A stretch of DNA of 61,598 nt, filler included. It is 5 parts of 5 records of this genome, joined end to end, with 100 filler letters (N's around TTAATTAATTAA, not from the genome) between each part and the next. Parts side by side here need not be neighbours in the genome. Positions count along the whole stretch, not along the records: positions 1 to 20,166 come from DRR378314_23; 4 more parts are not named here. One strand, given 5' to 3'. Below, in pieces: positions 1 through 12,700 of the stretch (its first letter is position 1; the number at the start of each line of letters is the position of its first letter). The notes below the pieces were generated by a model, which was not told where the DNA came from, did no database searches, and worked only from the letters and a program-made list of their open reading frames with translations. The translations under genes were made by a program, and so were the position numbers.

Positions 1-30
1 CACGCAAGCACGCAAGCACGCAAGCACGCA
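1..30. repeat. Microsatellite (CACGCAAG)x3.75 at window start
   Basis: Exact 8-mer tandem copies read directly from the sequence. Confidence 0.9.
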
Positions 31-1549
31 TACATGCATCTATCTGAGACTGAAAGCTTACATGGAAATGGGATCGTCCCGCCAAGAAAAGGCGTCTGTC
101 GGCTTTCGTATTTCGGTTCGATACTCACCACCCGCACAGAAGACGACGCAGTACGGTGCACACTCACCTGTGATGGACAGCGCGAGACATGCATGTGCCA
201 TATGAAAGGGAGCAACGCGCCAGCTAACCAAGCACGTTGGTAGACTTTGGGTTCAAGCTACTGACGTATCCATGGTTTCCCCAACTTATCATAAGCAGGC
301 ATCCAGTGTACACGTCCCAACTCGATGCGCTTCACTGGAGAACAGCACGCGGCTTCCGCGCAAAGCCGCACTCTGGACGCTGCCGCTCAGAACTCCGTTT
401 CGGGTTGGTTCCTTTCCATTGCTGTATGCTGTGTTTCACAGGACAGGCTACCCCTGAGCCATATCGCAATACGAGCGCTTTGCGTACGCATGTCCACGAA
501 AGCAACTTACCTCGATGCGGGGGTAGTCGAACACCTTCAAGGGCAAGCACTGGGCAGTAGAGCACGCGGACCAAGAAAGGGTGTCAATAACCGGCCTCGC
601 ACCATGGTAAAGCCGTACGACAAGCAGAGCTTCTCATACCAGACGCATCCCCATTCCGGATCATACATTTAGCAATTCCTTAGTGGTCCAAACGTGTATC
701 AGAAACAGTAAGTAAATGCTGCTTCATAACACAGCAACGTGCTTCGTGCAAAGGATTCCCCACAGTCTTGCAAAAAGGTGGCTGCGTTCCACGCGGAGAG
801 TCCCGTACCTCGTACGTCGAGCTGTGCAAGCGCAAGTTTCATCGAGCCGCAGCTGATAGCGTTTACGAGGGTAAGCTCTCGTCACTAGCAGCAGAATCTG
901 CTTAGGATTTAGCAATCACACGCACAAGAACCTTTCTGTATCGTGAGTAAGTATTATATGCACAAAAACGAGACGTGCGCGCATACCGAGCAAGTAGCTT
1001 CAAAGAAGCTTCGGAGCGCGAAGCGACCGAAGGCGAGGCGGAACATGCGAAACCCCTGCGCCTTGGTGCGGCCAGCCGCCAAACTTGACCAGGACGAGGG
1101 CAAAAATGCATTTAAAAAGATGCACACAGCCCAGTGTTCTCTTACCCGTCAACCAAGATGATGAGAGATTGGCAAAGTCACAAAAAAGGGCAAATGCGGT
1201 AGCAATCGGGAGCGAGCGAGAACTCGGAGCGCTCCTTAGTTGACGATCGCACCCTCCACCCCTCGAAGGCTCCAGGAACGTGCTCCCCCAGAATTGGGCT
1301 CCCTGTTGAGTAGGGCTCTGCCCACACATCCACACGCGCGCATTCTGCGGTTCCGCACACATAAGCGTGGCGCTCAGCTGCTGTGTTTCGCAACGCGAGC
1401 GCGCGTCGTCAGCTACAGCTAATAAAGCGCTTTGGGCGCGTAGATTCGGCCGTAGCCTTTCGCAAAGTCAATTCGTCTTGAATCATCTCTCATATTCTGA
1501 CCCATTCGTTGTCAAAAAAGCGCGAGGGACGATTTTCGTAAGCACCGCG

Positions 1550-2090
1550 GCGCGCGCGCAGCAAGCATGGTTGCTTGCCAGCGCTCGCGCGGCGAGCAAC
1601 GTGGGCGCGGACGTGGGCGCGGACGTGGGAGCTCGCGAGGAAGACTTGCAAGCACTGCGCGCGACAGTCTTGCCACACATAAGAAAAGTATGTTATGTAT
1701 ATGTACTGAATATTTTTTCGTTTACCCTTTGACGAGTAGGATGCGTGTGTGAATGCGATTGAAAGCTGGGGAAGCGACGTGTTGCAACCGCGCCTGCACC
1801 TCCGCGTGCGTCTCGATCATGCCACTTACGTGTGCGCACTCGGCGACGGCACACGATTTTTTTGGTATGTTGTCGGTCCCAATCTTCTACCCTATGCATT
1901 GCTAACACCCATCTTTCGAAATCGATCATTGATGTTTGGTTTATAGAGGTTTACAAGGAGCGCCGCATTCGCAAGAGGCTACATCACGCGCGCGAGCAAG
2001 CTGTTCGTGAACTCGATCAGCAGCACGGGCGCGGCGGTGCAGGCGCCATCCTGCGCGAGGTTCGTTGCGGCGGGCTCGCCGCTTCCGTAC
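1550..2090 (+). CDS. Probable coding exons of an unidentified eukaryotic gene, possibly the 5' part of the TAP26-like gene
   Basis: Protein-like segments (AREEDLQALRATVLPHIRK before a GTATGT donor at 1688; IESWGSDVLQPRLHLRVRLDHATY; VYKERRIRKRLHHAREQAVRE) separated by T-rich intron-like DNA. Junctions and boundaries are approximate. Confidence 0.3.
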
Positions 2091-3303
2091 AATGTCGATT
2101 CCTGTGTCTCCAGTCCTACATGCTGGTGTGGGTTTTTGACAGCTTCACGTGCAACTCTATACATTATGGCTAGCGTACACGTATGCGAATGCTTGTCAGT
2201 GACAACAGGCGAGATAAAGTGCGGAAGTAGTTGACTGCTACGCTGGCAGACCGGTTTAGCCCACAGGTAGCCTCGTGTTCACCCCCAGCACAGCCCAAAC
2301 TTTCCCCGTACACGTTCATCTTGGTTCGTTTTCATTCTACAATGAAACGGACTGCGTGCGTGCGGCTCTTCCAGAAGCCTAATCCTTATACTTTGCAATA
2401 CGTGGGCCCGTATCCGTTCCTTTGGGGCGCGCTCGCTTGTTTGCCGCGACTTCTCTCGTAGGTTCTTGCCAGTTCAAGCCAGGCTTCCGTGCCAGATGTT
2501 GACGGAGCGGGTGACGATGAAAAGGTGCGCAGCGAGTACTGCAGTCATGTACGAGAGCTTTATCGCAGCGCGGCGCGATGGATCTTATCAGTGTACATAC
2601 AATGGGTTTTTTCTTGCAATAGATTGGCAGAACGCTCAAAATGCATGCTTCCGCAAGGGCCATGTCCACAGAAACGTTTGCGCAAGGCGTGCGCACAAAC
2701 TGCCTACGAAGCCGTCGCTGTAGGCTCTGCATCGGGCGCCGTGTTTTGGCCAGAGGAGAAAAAAAGTAGTATATTGCCTTTCCCCGCTTTATTGTCGCGC
2801 ATCCCCCAATTGTCTTCATCTCATATCCAAGAGTGAAAACATTTGGGATGGCACACGCTAGGTTTTGGGTGACAAAGTGTGGCAATAGCAGACTCCGCCC
2901 ATTGGGCACCCGGACGCGAAGCTGCGCTCATGGGGGGCGTTCGCAAACCTTTCCGTATGTGCCTTGTGCACAGCAAGCGCCCAGCAGCGCACACGAGCGC
3001 CCTGACAAGCGGTACGATCCCTTGGGCGCAGCGCGCTCTTCGGTACGTTTTTTTTCTTTTCATCTGCCCGCAGCGTCGGCCTACGAGTTGAAGGGCGGGA
3101 CCGGGAGGGGCATTTGCTGCCATCGTGCTGCGCAGCTCGCAGTGGTAGATCAGCGTCAGAAACGTTTGCCAAACCCCCCAAGGGAATGGAATTCGGGACA
3201 TCCTCTCTCTCTGTATTCATCTACCGCGCTTCGTGTGCGCGAAATTGGTGGCAGCCCTGCGCCTTGCTCAGTCGCGCTCTACGAACTACGGGCCTTTTTC
3301 AGG

Positions 3304-3827
3304 CTTTATCCTAACCTCGAGAAGCAAGAGCTGCTGCTTGGCTCACCGACCGCGGCCGCATCGTGCTCTGCCAAACGCTGGAATATGCAGTTCAAAGCAA
3401 AGCGACGCGAACTAGAAGAGGCTCGCAAGGAGGAGGAGCGCCAACGCGCAGAGCGCGAGCGGCAAGTAAACGCGCGCAAGCAAGAGCGGAAAGAAAAGCG
3501 TCGACAGCTGCAATACCAGCGAACCAAGCGCGGTCAGCCAGGTGCGTTTCAGCAAACGCACATGACCCTGCACCTTCCCGCAGCTACGGGCATGTGCGTA
3601 TGAAAGGCGACATGTTGCGCAAGAATTCGCTTCGTGCAGGACACCCCTCACGCATGATATACGCCACGTACGTGGTTGCGGGTGTTTTCTGGGTGTGCGG
3701 GGTGCCGGGCCGAGCAGTTATGAAGCACGTTGTGCAGGATATTCTGGCAAAGGTGCGACGAGACAGTCAGCAGCCTGATCCAGAAGCGCCGGACGTGCCG
3801 CAGAAGCCATCGCCGCGGGAGCAGTGA
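3304..3827 (+). CDS. TAP26/CCDC59/Fyv7-like rRNA-processing protein, 3' exons (5' boundary approximate)
   Basis: Removing a GT-AG phase-1 intron (3542-3717) joins a charged coiled coil to RTKRGQP-VMKHVVQDILAKV, matching the family C-terminal motif (T++GQPvm..+i..lL.Ki). TGA stop at 3825-3827. Confidence 0.65.
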
Positions 3828-3889
3828 AGCAGAACGGTATGCGTTACAATGCTGAAATAGGGCGGCAGCTCGCAACAAAGCGTGCTCTA

Positions 3890-4152
3890 CGCCGTGCCTT
3901 TCTGCGCCGCTGCATGTTGCTGAGACTACGAATAATGCCAAAAAAGCTGCGGGAAATGGCCCCGTGCGCCAGCTCAAGACCGCGTATTTCTGCGCCGCCG
4001 CATGTTGCGGGGACATTGAAAATGCCCGCCCCCTAAATGCGACCAAAAGTCCCGTGTGCCAGCTCAAGGCCGTGTATTTCTACGCTGCTGCATGTTGCCG
4101 GGACAATGAAGAATGCCAAAAAGCTGCGACCCAAAGTCCCGTGTGCCAGCTC
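3890..4152. repeat. Diverged minisatellite, about 88-bp unit x3
   Basis: Units start at about 3890, 3978 and 4068 and share TTTCTRCGCYGCYGCATGTTGC...AATGCC...CCCGTGYGCCAGCTC. Confidence 0.85.
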
Positions 4153-4249
4153 CCCTACTTTTTCGTAAATCACCGTACGCTTGGCGCACACACAACCTTG
4201 GCAAAATGCAGCAGAAGAGGTCGACCGAGAGAAACAGTAACGAGCGCTC

Positions 4250-7200
4250 TTACGAGCATGCAAACACTGCGGGGGGAAGCTTCTTAGCATCTGCATCAGT
4301 GTAGCACGCGCTCTTGACCGCCATGGACCTACATAGTGCACCGGATCAAAGGCAGTAGAGAACCACATGAGCATACACACTTGAGAACATATACCCCTAA
4401 AGATTTACGTTTGCGTACAAGGGCAGCTGCTCTGCCACACGCGCGCGCACACGAACACAGATGCAATCACTACGGCCGACATGAAAAGTAAGCAACACGC
4501 TACCATACCATCCACAAACACAACAAACCCATGCTGATGCTGCAGGTGCTGGAAAAACACGCGATCGTACTTGTGTCGTACGAATCCAATCGAGCCTCAA
4601 AAAATGACTAGCAAGGCGCTGCATCTTACCAGCTGGTACGCAAGATTCCCGTTTTCTACTTGCCCAGCACGCACAGGCGTGCGCCTAAGCGGTGAAGATT
4701 CGCTTGACAGTAGAAAGGGCGGGAGACTAACCCTAACCCATGGAAAGCCGCACATCAAACAAATCACCTTCCAATGGTATGAACGACATGTTCATCCCGA
4801 TCCATCGAACATGCAAACATGTGCAGCAAAACCAACCGAAAGAAAACTCGCGTCTATCGCCCGGAGCCCATCAACGCGCACGAGACGAAGCGCTGGAAGC
4901 ACACCCGCAACCCCTACATTCACAGCTAGGTGTAAAGTCGACATCTTGCTGGAAACCACGTACTTGCACCACATGCAACCCGACGTTGCATGGCAGCTGG
5001 ATTCGCTCGTTTCCGACGAGCACGCATCCGCGGTGACACCGAGTGCGCTGCCGCTCATGAATCCAAAGTCACCCTTCTTGAACACATATACTTCCTCAAA
5101 ATAGGGATCGATCTGGATGCCACGCATAGGCAGAACACATGGATTTTTAGGCAGACGATCAGACGAAAAATAATTATACGCATTCTGAGAATTTCCAGTC
5201 CACAATACCCACCGAAGCGGCTTATGCGAAAACGCGGCCTCTCGCTCGCCCAGCGCCACGTGCTCTCGGCCATTCACAAGCGGGAAGAACTGTTACTCCG
5301 GAAACACCGACAGCAGCAGCAGCCTTAGCGGCAGACACGTCACCCCTACAACGCATCGTCAGAAACTGAGACAAGCACCCGTTGAAGCACGGTCGTACTC
5401 CAGTCGCATTATGATGCACAGGTAGAGCAGATTGGCATGAATGCAAAGCACCGCGTCGGAATACGTCCTTGCAGACTGCTATTCATTCGCATCTCAACCT
5501 AGCGCACTCCTGCCAGGCTCAGCGTATGTCACTCTTTAGGATACAACGACGAACGTACTTTGCGCGTATCAAGCGGCGCAACACGGTAGATAAGAGCCTG
5601 ATTCAGAGCCTCCTCGCTTGCAAACGAGTTCCCGTTCTTCCGCGTCTCGGAGACAAAAAAGTCCGCAACGCCTTGCATGGCAGCGATAGCCGCTACGAAG
5701 CGCATGAGCGAGGGAAACAGGAAAGCAGTCGGCAACCAAAGCGATTCGAGAAATCGCGTTGCGCCAGTCAGTTTCGCAGCACATTACAAGGCGCATGCTA
5801 CACGCCCCCACTCGGTGTGCTATATCAAAACCCCAACAGTATACATACAAATGATGCAGAGGTGTCGGTTCGTAGACGCATACGAAAGCGCGCAGTATGT
5901 GCAAAAACAGGCGACCAGACTAAGAACACAAGCCCAAAGAAAACTCGAGTGCGCTCCTAACCTGGGTTGCTGCGCATTTCAACGGCACCACCGGCGGCTT
6001 GGTCGGGGACATATCACGCAACATCCCAAACCTGGGATCGAGCCGATCCTATTATGCATAAATAGACGTAAAACGTACGCCCGCTCCCGCAGCGAGCGAC
6101 CACAACACGCGGAACAGCCAAAAGCAGCCGCATGATCATCGTGACAGCGTGCACCACAACAGCAGCCACACTGAGCCAACCGCTAACCCTTAACCCCTTG
6201 GCGCACAGCAGGGCGCGTTTCAATCATCGCGAGAGTCACAAAGGGCGCACTGGCTCGCGCGACAAATACACATCGTACACTACTTTCTTTGACATATACA
6301 CTGCACATGCAACCGCTTCCAATACCTGCAATGCGCGCGAGTGGCAATGTTGCTGCGCATGGCGAGCCCGGTGCACGGCATCCCGCGCAACGAGCAATAA
6401 TACACGATGCGTGAACGCAATTCTCCCACAATCTTACAGGCCTAACCAACTTGCGAGCCACACAGCGCGCACCGTCAATCTATCCGACAAGCACTTCCCA
6501 TAGGACATGCCATCCTCGCGGAGAAGTAGCACTGCGTGCCATCGCACGCAAGCCAATACTGGCAAGGAAAACTTTCTATCGTGCAAAGCCACGCGCGCTG
6601 CGCCGAACTTCCTCACAACACGCAAAATGCGTTCGACTTACAAAAATACTTTCAACGCATTCGCAAACACACACGTGAAACCAACCGGCCAAAAAGCACA
6701 AATGCACCCTGCTCCTAACCCTTTGTGCAGCGAAATACAAATGCAGTTGTGCAATGTGGTCGCCGTGGAGCTTCGTGCCGAACGCTCTCGGAAACGCCCA
6801 ATACAACAGCGCAGTAGGAGAGAGCGAGGCGCGCAAGTAGCAGAACCGGCTGCCGTACAGCAGCCAGCCTTAGAAGTACGTACGTCCACCGTGATTAATC
6901 GACGCGAGAGTTGTCCATTCAAACTGGTTCTTCTCTGGGTGCCATTGCACTGCAAAGATCGGGGCGCGGCGTCCTTCTACCGTCGACACAAACTCTCGCC
7001 CTGAGCGATCCAAGTTTGTCGTCACGATGCGGAAATCGCGCGACAGATACTCGTTCGCTGCAACGTCCAGAAAACATACGCATGTTGTATACCGCAGGTT
7101 TCAGAAACGAAGTACCCGGTCCCTGAACAAATTGTACAAACGCTAGACTGGTATTGCCGCGCGCATATGCTTCGCGCCGTGCGTACAAGCCCAGAGTGTC

Positions 7201-9192
7201 CGCCATCCCCTGACACGCTCCTAGGCTGCGCCAGGGCCAAAGCTACCGTCACGACGTGCGACGCGCCGGCCACTGCAACTCAGTATCCTCATTCAACCTA
7301 AGCAGGCCCATCATCTGCTGTAACATTTACCTACGTGACCTACGCTACTGTTTCTTGCGAGACCACAAAAAATTTGAAACCAGTGCGCAAGCGAGCCCGA
7401 TGTGCGCAAGTACTGCGCGCAACACGCACTTCCCAAGACAGCGCGGTCGCCACGCTAGCAGCAAAGCCGCCCACACCATGAACAAGACCAGTGCCCCACA
7501 GCACGATTCACACACAATCCCTACATACACGAGCGTGTGCGCAAGCAACAGACCTTGGAAATCTTCTGGGCTCACACCGCTGCTGTGATGGTTGTACGTG
7601 ACATTGGAATGCGTGAGCGTATCCACAACACTGCCGGAAAGGGCGTGCATGAAGTGGGATCCGTGTCCAGTGCGCGTAACGTTGAGAGGCAGCGAAATGT
7701 CGTCGGCATCAAAGTGACTCAGAATCGAAGGCTGTAAAGGTACAGCCACAAGTTTAATTCCAAATGCCAATGGGCAATGCCACGAGTACGCAAAAAGACA
7801 AACTTAGGCCAAGAGGAATTCGGAAAGCGTAAATGGCCCGCGTGGACGGTGCAGACGAGAAAACGAACAGAAGGGTACAAGGAGGCGATGAGGCCCCACA
7901 AGAAAAAACTACAAACGTAGCGCGACCGCAAGGCACTACAATGCGTGTGCTTGTATAAACAAAAAAATGATCATAATGCACACTGCGTGTTTCTTTCTTT
8001 CCCTTTGTTCGCAAGCGATCACCGAATACTTCTGCGAAGAATGTCAAACGTGCCAGCAAGGACACGTCGCGGTATATACCGCTTGCATGCAAGCATACCG
8101 TACGGGCTCCGATGCGCATGATCGTTTCGAAGCCAAGGCACGTGCCCCACAATGGAATATGCGATCCCGCCCGATTCTCCTGCGAAAGTAGCAGAACCAT
8201 ACACGACAATGACCATCAGACCGTACAGAAAGTGAAACATGGGCGCCCTAAGTAAGTGCGGCTGTGCCACGATTGCTGTGGAGCACCACCCCGCCGCGCC
8301 AGCGCGGCACCCGCCCAGCCTAAGCACTGGGTTGAAACCGCTTGCCAGCGACGCACACGCGCATGCATCTTGGCGAGAAAGGCGTGGCGCCCATGATCTT
8401 CGCAACAAAGAATTGCATGTCGCAAGAGTGAAGAAAGAAGCTTCACGCGGTGTATCAACAATCACACGAAGCGGCGCACAACACTCTGCTGTAGAAGCAC
8501 ACGGGGGGAATGCGAGCGAACTCGAGGTCGGGTGCACGTGAAACCAACAGCCGCGCGGCCACGCGCTAGCCACGGCGAGCGTGCACCCAAAGAATCGCCC
8601 ACCCCTCGCACGGCGGACAAAAGAAAAGACTGCGCTGAACCAAAACCACAGCATATGCGAAATCAGACTATGGCTTCTTGCATGCGAACCCCGTAACACT
8701 GCACGCGGAAGCCACCTACCCCCTTGGAAGCAAGCAGCCCACGCTCACAAACAAGCCAGGCAAGGCGGCGCACAAGCATGCGGTAAGCACGCACGCCACT
8801 ACCATGCGGCGGCGGCATCGCCTGCGCGAGCCGCTCGGAGCAAGGAAACGCACATCGAGAACAGCTTGATAAAGCGTCTCTGCCGCACGAATGTAGTCAG
8901 AGTGGATTTCTGAAGCGCCGCCACCAGTGAAGAGCACGCCGTTCAGATTCTTGACGATGCCACGGATCTCGTCTGCGCTCGCCTGGTGCCAGATCGGGAC
9001 CACGCGCGCACCCGCTGCCTCGAGCCACGACGCGTACGACACGGGGAAGTACGCCGGACCGTACGGCGCCAGTTTCGGCTCAAACGAAGCGGTAGGAAGC
9101 GTCAGCACGCCCACGACGGGCCCGCCGGGGTTCCCAGCCGAAGAAGCAATGCATGCAGCGGCAACAAGTGCAACGCCAACCAAGGTTCGCAT
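4250..9192 (-). CDS. GGH: Gamma-glutamyl hydrolase (peptidase C26), secreted/lysosomal, 7 exons, about 377 aa, with C-terminal Cys-rich module
   Basis: Exons 9192-8854, 8179-8099, 7731-7554, 7057-6884, 5692-5559, 5112-4964, 4328-4250. All introns are GT-AG and phase-consistent (1134 nt total). Signal peptide; motifs GARVVPI, NGVLFTGGG, WGTCLGFE (catalytic Cys), YNHH, AVQWHPEK (catalytic His), FFVSETRKN, FEEVYVF. Confidence 0.93.
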
Positions 9193-9788
9193 CTTTCCCG
9201 CAGCCGCAGTCGAAAACGCCGCGGTGTGCGCAGGGGAAGCGGGACGACAGAAGCGCCGGTACACGCTCGCTCCGAGTCAACTCGGAAATACGAGCGAAGC
9301 GCGCGGAGGTGGCGCATGTCTTCGATAGCTGTGCGCCGTGGAGCCAGCCATAAATCATTCCATGGTGCGACCAACGCCACAGGGTCGAGTAGGGAGGTTA
9401 ATGACACAACAAGAAAACCATGGTAATGTAGGGGTAGATAAGGAGGGTAGCACCGTGCTCTACTTTGCTTGAAGCGCTCTGGTCCGCGCCCTGCCTCCCG
9501 AGTCGCAGAACACCCCAAAGTTCGTGGGAGCTTGGGACAACAATTGCAGCGCAGCAGCGCACACCCTTTTCCCGTGCAACCACCAGCCACAAAGCCGCGC
9601 GCAGCGCAGCGAGTGTCTGCTTTGCGGCGCCCTACTGTGGGCATCGTACTGAAACGAGCGCCCAGAGCTGCGCACGAAAGAGAGAAAGGAAAGTAAGAGA
9701 CGAGAAAAAAAAGGGCCCGCGCGCAGTGCCGCAGTGTGCGTGCACTCTGCGTTCAAGCACCTCTGCTGTGCGGCCGGCCGTGCAAAGA

Positions 9789-12700
9789 ATGGGCTTGGCG
9801 AGCGCAGCGGTGCTGTGGAGCCACACGCCGCCGTCAGATCCGGTCGCAGCTCTTGCGCTCGTGCCACGAAGTGCAGGGCACTCCTGCGGCGCACCGCATG
9901 TTCCTGTGCTGATCACAGCGCTCGAGGATGGGACGATCGTGTCGTGGGGGTTCGTGTCGAGAAACACGCTGGAGCCGCTCTTCGTTGCAGCCGGCCACGC
10001 CGCCCACCCATCGGCTGTCACCGTCGCTGCTGTACATCGTCTGCCGGCGGTGATTGTCGCGTACGAGGACGGCACTGTCGTTTCGCTCGACTTAACAGAC
10101 TTACATTGCCTTGCGTACGCCCCACATCTCACGGGCGCTTCTGTTGTAAAGCTGGTGCCGCTCGCCGCGGTGGAAAATTCAGTCCTCATCTGCGACGCGC
10201 GCGGTCGGCTGCACGTGCTCTGCACGGCCACGCTCGAGCTGCGATACAGCCTTCACGGCCACAGTGGCCCAATCACAGACGCCGTCAGCATTCCATCACT
10301 CTGGGTTGGAACTCCATCGCAGATTCCAGGCTACGCTGGAGTGTGGCCTCGCGCAGTTGGCGGTGATGCCACTCACTCCGGCGACGATGGCTCATCGCCC
10401 TCGCACACCTCCGCCACCGCGGCTGACGCACAGCGCTCCCGCGCTGCAAGCGACGCAGCACCCTTGGTTGAACACGGCCCCGTAGACCTGCTGACGCTGG
10501 GATACGACCAAACGATGCGCGTATGGGCAATGACGGATACAGTACCAGAGTACGTGTGCTGTCGCGCTGCAGGCAGCTCGCACAGGCGCGCGCGCGCGCG
10601 TGCGTTTCCTCGTTCTTTGTTTCATTCCGGAAAGCCCCAGCTGTGCCTCTGTGTTGCAGTAGCGGGTGGGAAAGGCAACGCACGGTCGCATGTACTTTGC
10701 TACGTTTCAGGACGCAAGGACTTGGGGTACTCTATACGCTCCGTCAACAGATGAACTCAGTGTGATGCAGTTCGTTTGCTAGGAACGCTCCTCTGGAAGC
10801 ACGCGGACGTGAGTGCTAGCGCTTCCCCGCAAGTCGCGCACGACACTGCCTCAAGGCGCGAGGTGCCTCTCGGCGGGCTTGCACGGGAGGTGCTACGGGC
10901 GGCGCTGCTCTCCCATGCGCTGCGGCCGCCCAAAGCTTCCGTGTGTAGCACACAATCACTTGCACTGGTTTTTTTTCGCGGCGTGTGTATCGATACCATG
11001 CATATCGCATCGTTTCCTGCGGCGACGAAACCCAAGGTTCCTCAGGCCGCACGGCAATCAACGGTAGCGCCGACTTGGTCTCCAGTTTTGGCAGTGCTCG
11101 GTTGTGGCGCAGAATGTAGACGTGCGACAAGCGTGAGCATTGCCCGATTTGTGGTAGACTGGTGACTTGCGGTGCTTACCATAACGTCTACGGATCAACA
11201 CTGCTTGTGCATGGCGGGGCGCCCTCCGCGACGACCAAGGGGTAGGGAGACCAGCTGCGGCTGCATACGCGAAAATTTGCACGCCCTTCCTGCGCCATTT
11301 CCGCCGCGCGCGCACCAGTACATCGTTCAGCACCGCTGCCAATACATTAGTGCCGCAGTGCTTACCCGCCGAGGCGATTCAGCGCGACATTGTCATCACT
11401 CTAACCCCAACACACATGCTGTGACATGGCATGGACTCGCATTTTCGCTTCGCCTTTCTCTGTTGTTGCGAACGCAACTCTTCTCCACGCTGTGGCAACA
11501 GGTCGCGGACGTTTATGACGGCAGTCGATACGCTGCCACAGGAATGGCTGCAAACCGGCGAGCATGCTTCCTGCGCAGTGTGTCCTGTCGAACGGACGGT
11601 GCGTCGTGTGCTAGTGAAAGGTCATTGCGGTGCAGCCGTGGCGTGCAATATGTCGTTCATACCCCGCGTGTCGCGCGCAGCAGTGCCGCTGCACATGGCT
11701 GCGGTTTGTTTGTTTTCTAGACTCCGACATGGCTCAGTCGGAAAGGATTCGGCGAGCGCGCTGGCGGTGATCCAACACATTCTGTTTGACCGTGTTCATT
11801 TGGCGCTACCCCCCGCTTACTTTTACAGAAACCTGACAGTTTTCTACGCACAAGCGAGGTGCATGCGCTCGCTGCCCATAGTGTGCTCATCCCAGCCCAT
11901 TCTTGGCAAGCACCAGCTTCATGTGCGCGACGCCATCGCGAGCTCACTGCAAGCCGAGGCGTATCTGGTGTGGCCCTTTGCTCCTTAATTTATTTTGGCT
12001 CCTCCGCGACTCCCCACCCGGTCTTCTCCATGCACGTGCCGCCTAACCCGTAACTGCACGGCGCGCCGCCACAGCTGCTGGTTGTGTAACGTGCCCGGTC
12101 TGTCCAAATTGGCTGCCGCCTGCGCTTCTCGTGTATCTGATTGCTCATTTGCGCAGGTGGTGATAGCTGGAGCGCGCGAGGTGCGCGCATTCGCGCTGCG
12201 GTCCGAGGAAACGCTCTGGAAAATCAGCATACCCCTGGTCAATGACTCCATTATGCGAGTGCATTTTCCCGACGGCTCGGGACGCTGCGTTCTGTGGACG
12301 AAAACGGGCGCGCTAGTCGCGCTGGCGCCTGCCGACGACGCGGCCGGTGTACGCGTCGCCGAGCGTGCAGATGCTCCCGGAAGCGTCCGCGGAGAGCTCG
12401 CTGCTGCTGCTGGGCGTGTCGTGGCCGCACCACTCGATGGCAACGTGCGACGCGCGCGTGCAACTTTGTTTTCCGTCGCTGATGGCGTCCTCGGATACGC
12501 GACTGCCGTGCTGCACTGGCCGACCGCGCAGTATGACAAAGGACCGTCGACGCGCCGGCTTGCATGGGAAACGCACGGCCGAGTGACTGCCCTTGCGGTC
12601 ACGCGCCACGGATCTGGCGGACCAGCGAATGCGCTCGTCGCTGCGGGCACGCAGGGCGGGACCATCGTGCTCGCGCCGCTGTACGCGCACTCGGGTGGCG

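Noticed and set aside
120-1200. Minus-strand multi-exon gene (e.g. LEGVRLPPHR|VKRIELGRVHWMPAYDKLGKPWIRQ*)
   Set aside because: Splice-like signals are present, but there is no recognisable family and no unique exon chain
3890-4152. CRISPR-like repeat-spacer array
   Set aside because: Whole units are homologous with no unique spacers, there are no cas genes, and the context is eukaryotic
4728-4739. Telomere-like TAACCC repeats (also near 51650)
   Set aside because: Only two units, inside introns; expected by chance
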